The notes beneath the pieces were generated by a model. It saw only the letters and a list, made by a program, of their open reading frames with translations. It was not told the origin of the DNA and did no database searches. A DNA stretch of 32,000 nt, taken from contig NZ_RSDW01000001.1 in assembly GCF_003945235.1 (NCBI RefSeq), positions 3,480,001 to 3,512,000 on the forward strand, in the 5' to 3' direction. The translations under genes were made by a program, and so were the position numbers. Each line of letters begins with the position of its first letter. The first letter of the stretch is position 1. Shown here piece by piece: positions 8,619 to 15,375 of the stretch. Source of the DNA: Edaphobacter aggregans (GTDB lineage Bacteria > Acidobacteriota > Terriglobia > Terriglobales > Acidobacteriaceae).

Positions 8619-9475
8619 AAGTTGCCGTGCTGGGATCTAATGGACAACTTGGGAGCGATGTGTGTGCAGCCTTTCTACGGAATGGAGATCAAGTTATTGG
8701 TCTCACTCACTCGGATTTTGAGGTGACTTCGGCTTCCTGCGTCGATGCAGTGCTTTCCGCTTCCATGCCGGAGTTCATCGTCAATACGGCAGCGATGCAC
8801 CATGTAGAGAAATGCGAGGCTGATCCCATTGGCGCATTTCACAGCAATGCAATTGGTGCGAAGTTCGTGGCCGAATGGGCGAAACAGGCCGGCGCAACGG
8901 TAGCATACGTGAGCACTGATTATGTCTTCGATGGCAAGAAAGATGCTCCGTACTTGGAAATCGACTCTGCTGTCCCGCTCTCTGCTTACGGAATTACCAA
9001 GCTGGCGGGAGAACACTTTACTGCCGCAATCGCTGCGAAGTACTTCGTGCTTCGCGTTTCTGCCATTTATGGCCATCACCCATGCCGAGCAAAGGGTGGT
9101 CTCAACTTCGTCGAGTTGATGCTAAAGTTATCTCGCGAGCGAGACGAATTGCGCGTTGTTGATGATGAATTTGTCACACCGACTTCCACTGTACAGATCG
9201 CAGAGCAACTAATTGTGCTCAGTCGCTCGCGGCACTACGGCCTCTATCACGGAACCGCCGAAGGAAGCTGCTCGTGGTATGAGTTTGCTCGTGAGATCTT
9301 CCGTGCCACAGGCACCAGAATTCGCTTAGAGAAGGCGCGTCCCGGAGAGTTTCCGACAAAGGTTCCGCGCCCTAAATTCTCCGTTCTTGAGAATCAGGCA
9401 CTGAAAGCTGCTCATTTGAACGTGTTTACCGACTGGCGGGATGGATTGGATAGTTATCTCCGTACCCGCGCTTAG
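8615..9475 (+). CDS. rfbD: dTDP-4-dehydrorhamnose reductase family (RmlD-like)
   Basis: MKVAVLGSNGQLGSDV, NTAAMHHVEKCEADP, VSTDYVFDG, YGITKLAGE. GTG start overlaps the upstream stop (GTGA, 8615-8618). Confidence 0.85.
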   Translation: MKVAVLGSNGQLGSDVCAAFLRNGDQVIGLTHSDFEVTSASCVDAVLSASMPEFIVNTAAMHHVEKCEADPIGAFHSNAIGAKFVAEWAKQAGATVAYVSTDYVFDGKKDAPYLEIDSAVPLSAYGITKLAGEHFTAAIAAKYFVLRVSAIYGHHPCRAKGGLNFVELMLKLSRERDELRVVDDEFVTPTSTVQIAEQLIVLSRSRHYGLYHGTAEGSCSWYEFAREIFRATGTRIRLEKARPGEFPTKVPRPKFSVLENQALKAAHLNVFTDWRDGLDSYLRTRA

Positions 9476-9519
9476 TTCCAGTTAGCACGCGTAACAGGGT
9501 GGAAGGGGTTGTTGGCAGC

Positions 9520-10809
9520 ATGAGCGACAAATATTGCGATGTTGCCATTATTGGAGCCGGTATCATTGGGCTCGCGGTTGGTTTGCAACTCATTCGCAAG
9601 GATCCGAACCTGAAGATCATTGTTCTCGATAAGGAAAATGAAGTAGCTTCTCATCAGACGGGACATAATAGTGGTGTGCTGCATTCTGGCTTGTATTACA
9701 AGCCAGGTTCGCTCAAGGCGCGGCTCTGTGTTGAGGGCAGGGCGGCCATGATTCAGTTTTGCGAGGAGCACGCGATACCGTACGAGATCTGCGGCAAGAT
9801 CATCGTTGCAACCGAAGAACACGAGATACCTAGTCTCAATGAACTGTTGCGCCGCGGACGGACGAATGGCGTATCTGGCCTACGGGAGCTGGACGCGCAG
9901 CAGATTCATGAGATCGAGCCTCACGCATCGGGCCTACGCGGTATCCATATACCGACTACTGGTATCACTGACTTCAGAATGGTCTCGGCCAAGTATGCGG
10001 AGCTTATCAAGCAAGGTGGAGGCGAGGTTCTTACTAACTCTGGTGTCTCGCGCATTTTGTCTGAGGTTGGTGGGATCGTTCTTGAGACTTCTTTCGATGT
10101 CATACACGCGCGTTTCGCCGTCAACTGCGCAGGTTTGCAGAGCGACCGCATCGCTAGCATGGCTGGCGCCAGTCTTGGTCTTCGCATTATACCGTTCCGG
10201 GGCGAATACTTTGAGCTCGTGCCTGCGAAGCACCATCTCATCAAAGGCCTAGTGTATCCGGTTGCCGATCCCCGCTTTCCATTCTTGGGAGTTCATTTCA
10301 CCAAGCGAATTCACGGAGGTGTCGAAGCGGGTCCGAATGCGGTGCTCTCGTTCAAACGCGAGGGATATGCCCGAACGTCATTCAACCTCTCAGACACGCT
10401 CTCGACGGCTTTGTTCCTGGGTTTTTGGAAGATGGCCTCTCAGAACTGGGAATATGGGATGGAAGAAATCTACCGTTCTTGGAATCGGCAGGCGTTTACG
10501 CGCGCGCTGCAGAAGCTGTTGCCGAGTTTGACGGAGCAAGACATTCAGCCTGGAGGCTCGGGTGTACGTGCTCAGGCGTTGGATCATGACGGAAATCTAT
10601 TGGATGATTTTCATTTTATCTATCAGGATCGAATTCTCCACGTTTGCAACGTGCCTTCTCCGGCAGCCACAGCCTCTTTGTCGATCGGTAGGGAGATTGC
10701 TTCAATGCTCCATGGGCATGCTGCACTCAAAAAAGTGGAGCTTGTTGTTAAACAGGAGATAACATCGGCAAAAAACCTGGCTTCGTTGGCATGTCCCGAG
10801 AGCACTTAG
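9520..10809 (+). CDS. lhgO: L-2-hydroxyglutarate oxidase/dehydrogenase (FAD-dependent, LhgO/YgaF family)
   Basis: DVAIIGAGIIGLAVG (FAD GxGxxG), HQTGHNSGVLHSGLYYKPGSLKA, PFRGEYFEL, DPRFPFLGVHFTKRIHGGVEAGPNAVLSFKREGY and GVRAQALDHDGNLLDDF...CNVPSPAATASLSIG match my recollection of E. coli LhgO along the whole length. ATG 9520 is preferred over GTG 9499. Confidence 0.85.
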   Translation: MSDKYCDVAIIGAGIIGLAVGLQLIRKDPNLKIIVLDKENEVASHQTGHNSGVLHSGLYYKPGSLKARLCVEGRAAMIQFCEEHAIPYEICGKIIVATEEHEIPSLNELLRRGRTNGVSGLRELDAQQIHEIEPHASGLRGIHIPTTGITDFRMVSAKYAELIKQGGGEVLTNSGVSRILSEVGGIVLETSFDVIHARFAVNCAGLQSDRIASMAGASLGLRIIPFRGEYFELVPAKHHLIKGLVYPVADPRFPFLGVHFTKRIHGGVEAGPNAVLSFKREGYARTSFNLSDTLSTALFLGFWKMASQNWEYGMEEIYRSWNRQAFTRALQKLLPSLTEQDIQPGGSGVRAQALDHDGNLLDDFHFIYQDRILHVCNVPSPAATASLSIGREIASMLHGHAALKKVELVVKQEITSAKNLASLACPEST

Positions 10810-11358
10810 ATATGAAGGCGTGAGTGGCTTACCGGTGAAACTCCTCTTTCCCAAAAGTTCCAGCCGTAAATCAACTTGAGTCCTCTGCAACTAAATCGGC
10901 ATCATTTTTTACCTGTGTCGCCGGTGCTACCCGCCGATAACATATGCACTTTATTGTTAGGTCGAATGCAAAGACCTGCAACCTAGAATCACGCACGAAA
11001 GACTGCGCAAGTAGCCAAGCGATAATTTTCGCGAAATCAGAAATGAAATACCTTGATCATGTTTAGGAATGCCGCCATTACTATGGCCATCATCGTGCAA
11101 GCTAAGCGTATGTAGATCGACATTCGAAGTCAGCGCGGCCGAGTAAGGAATGTAGCCCACAGGGCAAAGCTATGTCTACTTGGACTGAATGTTGGATCAG
11201 GAAGAGCACAGCCAGTAACTATAGGTGGGTAAAGCGCCTATTGCTGAACTTTATAGGCCCAGCAATAAAGTACGTCTTTGCCCAGACTCCAATCACCGTG
11301 GCGCCCGATTGCAAATTTCTGGTGTCGAATCCCTAACCATTGAAAGAAAGGTGAAATT

Positions 11359-12033
11359 ATGAACACGACGCTACTCATGCCGCAGCAGCCGCAGAACCAT
11401 GTGCTCGACGCCTCCATCCAACAGCAGATCAATGCCATGATTGATGGCCTTATGGCTTCGTTGCCTGAAATGAGTCAACTGACCAAAGCTGAGCGGCGAG
11501 GGATAATTGCGCGATATACCGCAGTTCTGGAAGGAAATTTCATCTATTGGATGACGGCCACCCTTCTTGCCGTGCAGTCAGAAGATGCGCGCCCAATCCT
11601 CCTTGATAATCTCAACGAAGAAGTGCGCGATTCCCATCCGGTCATGCTGCGCAATTTCGCGGTTGCCGCCCAGGCTTTCCCGACAGACTCCGATGCGTTA
11701 GCCGTGAATGAAGAGTTAAATAGCGTCCGTCGCTTTCTGGGTCGGCTTTCCGCCGTGCAGTCGCTTCTGACAATGGCTTTCTTCGAAGGGTTCATACAAC
11801 GGTTTATGGCTTATTTGGCGGATCTTGCCAAAGCACAAGGCTCAGTTGATATGGAATACACAGATGTGCACGGTGTCTGCGATATTGCGCATACTGACGG
11901 TCTCTTCCGTGCACTTTCTATTGAGATGACTCTCAACCCGCTTGAACCGGAGAAAGATCTCTTCGAAGGCGTCTATCTCCTTCGCACCCTCATCGAGACC
12001 GTCGTCTTCAACCGGGACACACCCTCTGCCTGA
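11359..12033 (+). CDS. Heme-oxygenase-like diiron oxidase/oxygenase (HDO) candidate; iron-containing redox enzyme family
   Basis: 224 aa. Putative ligands: E87/E88...H93 (LNEEVRDSHPVML), E143 (MAFFEGF), H171-x3-D175-x2-H178 (DVHGVCDIAHTD). AAAGGTGA Shine-Dalgarno lies before ATG 11359. Assignment is by motif pattern only. Confidence 0.65.
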   Translation: MNTTLLMPQQPQNHVLDASIQQQINAMIDGLMASLPEMSQLTKAERRGIIARYTAVLEGNFIYWMTATLLAVQSEDARPILLDNLNEEVRDSHPVMLRNFAVAAQAFPTDSDALAVNEELNSVRRFLGRLSAVQSLLTMAFFEGFIQRFMAYLADLAKAQGSVDMEYTDVHGVCDIAHTDGLFRALSIEMTLNPLEPEKDLFEGVYLLRTLIETVVFNRDTPSA

Positions 12034-12057
12034 TCATTTCTACCGGGGGCATCTCAA

Positions 12058-12873
12058 GTGCAGACCCAACTTCATCAAGAGATCAGCTTGCCAGAGCAGG
12101 CCGGATACTTCACGGTCCCCGGTGCGGAGCTTTACGCAGTCCTGCATCAGGTTCCGGATCCGGTGGCGCGCGTTCTCCTCGTTGGACCATTCGCCTCCGG
12201 GCGGCATTTTTCATATCACCCATGGGTTCGCTGGGCCCGATATCTGGCCGCGAGGCGGATCGAAGTCCTTCGCTATGATTATCGCGGTATTGGCGAGAGC
12301 ACGGGTGTTTTCGAAGAAATGAGTTTTGAGAACTGGAGCGAAGACGTCCAACTTCTTGCCGATTGGGTCATACGCCGGTCGCCCAGCGTCCCGCTTGTGC
12401 TCCATGGGCTCGAACTAGGAGCCATACTCGCCGCCAGATGTTTCCATAAGGGCACAGGCGATGCATTGCTACTGTGGTCTCCGCCTGCTAATGCGAACCA
12501 GGCACTCCGTTCGAGCCTCTTGTACTGGGCGGGGTTGGGACAATTAAACGAGTCTCCCGAGAACCGGAAGACAGTCTCGGAATATATCCGGCAATTAGAA
12601 GAGGGTTCTTTTATCGAAGTACAGGGATATCAATGGTCGAGTCGTCTGTGGCGCGACTCTTTTCACTTTGACTTGCCCGCGACCATGAGAGATGAAAGCT
12701 CTTGCGAATCATACAAAAAGCCAATCAAGGTAATTAAGCTTGGAAAAGAGGCTGCTCCTCTGGTGAAGTCGCATTTTGGGAATGGCGAAGCTAGGGACTT
12801 CAGCTGCCTATACTCCAGTAATTACGACTGGATTGCCGGAGCCTTAGCCCTCTCGCACAGGGGGATGCAATGA
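12058..12873 (+). CDS. Alpha/beta-hydrolase-fold protein with atypical nucleophile elbow G-L-E-L-G (resembles exosortase-A-associated hydrolase 2, from memory)
   Basis: GTG start, with no in-frame ATG until residue 88. VLLVGPFASGRH...RYDYRGIGESTG...PLVLHGLELGAILAA shows alpha/beta-hydrolase topology, but Glu119 (nt 12412-12414) occupies the position where the GxSxG serine is expected. Confidence 0.65.
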   Translation: MQTQLHQEISLPEQAGYFTVPGAELYAVLHQVPDPVARVLLVGPFASGRHFSYHPWVRWARYLAARRIEVLRYDYRGIGESTGVFEEMSFENWSEDVQLLADWVIRRSPSVPLVLHGLELGAILAARCFHKGTGDALLLWSPPANANQALRSSLLYWAGLGQLNESPENRKTVSEYIRQLEEGSFIEVQGYQWSSRLWRDSFHFDLPATMRDESSCESYKKPIKVIKLGKEAAPLVKSHFGNGEARDFSCLYSSNYDWIAGALALSHRGMQ

Positions 12874-13766
12874 AAGAAACGATTGAAACACGTGAGTTGA
12901 TCGTGCTGGATGGTCTCGACGTCACTATCCGAGGCACCTATCATAAGACCTACGATGACAACCTAGCCGCACAGTCAAACCCGGTCGCGCAACCCCGCAT
13001 CGGGGTTTTGTTCCTGAATTCTATTTCGCCGACGAGAGCTGCGCATGGCGATGCGGCGGTTTATTGGGCCGACTCGTTTGCGGAGTGTGGCTATCCGTCC
13101 TTTCGACTTGATCTGCCAGGATTCGGAGACTCCGAAGGAGATCTTCCAGAAGATTTGGCTGGCTTTATCAACCAAGGGGGGTATGCATCCATTGTCTCCG
13201 CTAAGGTCAGAGAGCTTGTGGCTCGATTCAACCTATCGGGAGTAGTCATAGTGGGTCAATGCGCAAGCGGTGTCTCGGCACTTTATACGGCCGCCGCCTC
13301 GCCAAAGTGCAAAGGCCTTGTTTTGATGGACCCATACTTCTACTTGCCACAAGCAAAACGGCCAGTGATTCGACGGGAATGGGGTACTTGGTTTTTACAT
13401 AGTCGTCGCCAGTTTTCGAGTATTGTTTATGATCGTCTGAAAAGGATTGGCTGTTTTCTCCGCGGGGGAGACCTGCCGAAGAATGCCAATTATCTACTTC
13501 TTAGTTCCTGGAAGAAACTGACGCCCAAAGGATTGCCGGTTCTTATCCTAAAGGGGCCCGACTGTAGAACTCTCAACATGAAACCGAGGGCTGGTGAGTT
13601 CGACTACTTAGAGTATCTTCTGAAAGTTGCAGGTCGCGGAAGTAAGGTCGTCGTAAAAGTGACGAATAGCGCCAATAAGGCTTTCGTGAACCATCAGGGC
13701 CGAGTTGCGGTTCGGCAGCATACTGAACAGTGGCTAAATGCCTATTTCCCATTGGTAAAGCCTTGA
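12870..13766 (+). CDS. Alpha/beta-hydrolase-fold protein with Cys at the nucleophile position (resembles exosortase-A-associated hydrolase 1, from memory)
   Basis: IGVLFLNS...RLDLPGFGDSEG...VVIVGQCASGVSALYTAA...GLVLMDPYF...LPVLILKG...VTNSANKAF...QHTEQWL. Cys131 (nt 13260-13262) sits at the elbow. Lys270 (nt 13677-13679) sits where the family His (G-A-D-H-x-F) is expected. ATGA overlap with the upstream stop. Confidence 0.65.
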   Translation: MKETIETRELIVLDGLDVTIRGTYHKTYDDNLAAQSNPVAQPRIGVLFLNSISPTRAAHGDAAVYWADSFAECGYPSFRLDLPGFGDSEGDLPEDLAGFINQGGYASIVSAKVRELVARFNLSGVVIVGQCASGVSALYTAAASPKCKGLVLMDPYFYLPQAKRPVIRREWGTWFLHSRRQFSSIVYDRLKRIGCFLRGGDLPKNANYLLLSSWKKLTPKGLPVLILKGPDCRTLNMKPRAGEFDYLEYLLKVAGRGSKVVVKVTNSANKAFVNHQGRVAVRQHTEQWLNAYFPLVKP

Positions 13767-13841
13767 GACCACCTTGCATACCGGCACGACAAATATTAGA
13801 AGGCACAACGAACTTCGTTCTATACCTTTTGTGTTGGAGTT

Positions 13842-14259
13842 GTAGCCGATTGCAATACGGATCGACATAGTTTTGTGCTTAGCCATCGTCGATAGTGGCA
13901 ATTATTCCGTAAAAGACGACGGCAGAATTTTGAGCAATGATTCCAAGTTAAGTGGGTCGATTATGTTGGGTTCGTCGAAAGTCCTTATCATGCATCGGCA
14001 CAAATATATGGTGGCTACTCGCTAATGGCTGTAGGGATCACGGGGCTACGAAGCCAGCAGTTAAATTTCATTTTGCGTTGAAGCTGGTGGCACGGTTTGT
14101 CAATCTGGTGACACCAAATCGTTGGTCTGCCTCTGCCTCGACGACGCATCGACGAATGTCGGATGAAGCGAAACGCAGCGCCGAAGTCATGGCTCGGGAT
14201 CGAACACTGCGACGATATTATCGCCTGATCTGAATCTGGCGCTCAACGCAACCGTGTAA
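13842..14259 (+). pseudogene. Decayed duplicate of the 3' half of metY (internal deletions, frameshifts)
   Basis: Hand alignment to metY 6128-6839 in the same orientation. gccgattgcaatacggatcgacatagttttg matches gccgattgaatacggcgctgacatagttttg. agccatcgtcgatagtggcaatt (13881-13903) matches agccatcgtcgacagcggcaatt (6206-6228). gcagaattttgagcaatga matches gcagaatttttgagcaatga (6464-). cctcgacgacgcatcgacgaatgtcggatgaagcgaaacgcag matches cctcgacgacgcatcggcaaatgtcggacgaagcgaaacgcag. Equivalents of ~6161-6205 and ~6247-6463 are missing. The 93-aa ORF 13952-14233 retains ...STTHRRMSDEAKRSAEVM (metY: STTHRQMSDEAKRSAGVM). Confidence 0.8.
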
Positions 14260-14310
14260 ATAAATGATCGTTACAGAATACCCTGATGCCGATTTTCCGA
14301 GGGTACACTT

Positions 14311-15375
14311 ATGCCTATTTGTTCGAGTTCTAGTCGTTTCGTTCATGACCGGCGGTCAGGCAGCAACACGCCTGCGGAATGCCGGGAACGGTCGAGTAAG
14401 TGCGTCACAATCGGATTGATCAATAACATGGCGGACGGGGCTCTCGATGCAACAGAGCGCCAGTTTATTTCGCTTCTCGATTCGGTTTCCGATGACATAC
14501 AAATTAGACTATCGTTTCATGCGTTACCTAACGTTCCCAGGAGTGAGCTAGGTACAAACCATATCAAAAATTTCTATTCGAGTGTCGAGAGTCTTTGGGA
14601 TAAGAGCCTTGACGGACTCATAGTGACCGGCAGAGAGCCTCTCGCATCGAATCTGAAGGATGAACCTTACTGGGATAGTTTTACAGAAGTCCTTGAGTGG
14701 GCTAAGGAAAACACTTACTCGACCATCTGGTCTTGCCTGGCCGCGCACGCTGCGCTATTGCACATAGATGGGATCGATCGTGTCAGGAGCAACGATAAAT
14801 TCTGCGGTATCTTCGAGTGTGCCCGGCTGTCAGATCACCCCCTGACGACAGATGCGCCGTCGCGCTTCAACCTTCCACACTCCCGGTGGAACGGCATACC
14901 TGAAGACGCTTTGACAAGTTGTGGATATAGCATACTCACGCGAGCGGCGGATGCCGGCGTTGATACGTTCGTAGGGCGGCACAAAAGCCTCTTCGTCTTT
15001 TTTCAGGGTCACCCAGAGTACGAATCCAATACGTTGCTGCTTGAATACCGCAGGGATGTTGGGCGTTACCTCCGTGGAGAGACAAATATCTATCCACTGA
15101 TGCCGCGAAGCTACTTCGATCACAGGACTGTGATTGCATTGAAGGCGCTTCAAAACGAAGCTACGTCCCGCCCACGCGTAGACTTACTCGCGGACGTCTC
15201 TGCTGCATTAGGAAAGTCAAAAATCGAAAACACCTGGTACTCAACAGCTGTATGCATTTACCGAAACTGGCTGGAGTATATATGTGCGCAGAAGCAGCTA
15301 CGATTGAAAGACAGATCTCTATCCTGTCAACGCCCGCGAAATCTGGTATGGCCGCACCAGCGACTAAGCTTCTGA
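14311..15375 (+). CDS. metA: Homoserine O-acyltransferase (MetA/HTS family; succinyl versus acetyl specificity not decidable)
   Basis: [56 protein letters not shown] (active-site Cys context), [27 protein letters not shown]. The C-terminal ~25 aa ([25 protein letters not shown]) overlap the next gene. Confidence 0.85.
   Translation: MPICSSSSRFVHDRRSGSNTPAECRERSSKCVTIGLINNMADGALDATERQFISLLDSVSDDIQIRLSFHALPNVPRSELGTNHIKNFYSSVESLWDKSLDGLIVTGREPLASNLKDEPYWDSFTEVLEWAKENTYSTIWSCLAAHAALLHIDGIDRVRSNDKFCGIFECARLSDHPLTTDAPSRFNLPHSRWNGIPEDALTSCGYSILTRAADAGVDTFVGRHKSLFVFFQGHPEYESNTLLLEYRRDVGRYLRGETNIYPLMPRSYFDHRTVIALKALQNEATSRPRVDLLADVSAALGKSKIENTWYSTAVCIYRNWLEYICAQKQLRLKDRSLSCQRPRNLVWPHQRLSF

Noticed and set aside
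10957-11160. 67-aa minus-strand ORF in the large intergenic gap (MGYIPYSAALTSNVDLHTLSLHDDGHSNGG...).
   Set aside because: It has no start context and no recognisable motif, and it sits in a low-GC stretch with stops in most frames. It cannot be supported as a gene and is possibly a relic.
11321-11340. ggtgtcgaatccctaaccat resembles a tRNA T-arm/3' end (GGTTCGAATCC), hinting at a tRNA or an att-site remnant.
   Set aside because: I could not fold a T-stem (only 2 of 5 pairs) or find acceptor, D or anticodon arms upstream. No second copy of the string occurs elsewhere in the window to form an att repeat.
13952-14233. 93-aa ORF that could be called a small hypothetical protein.
   Set aside because: Its C-terminal part is the frame-preserved relic of the MetY C-terminus (STTHRRMSDEAKRSAEVM). 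The rest is shifted or deleted metY sequence. It is treated as part of the pseudogene.
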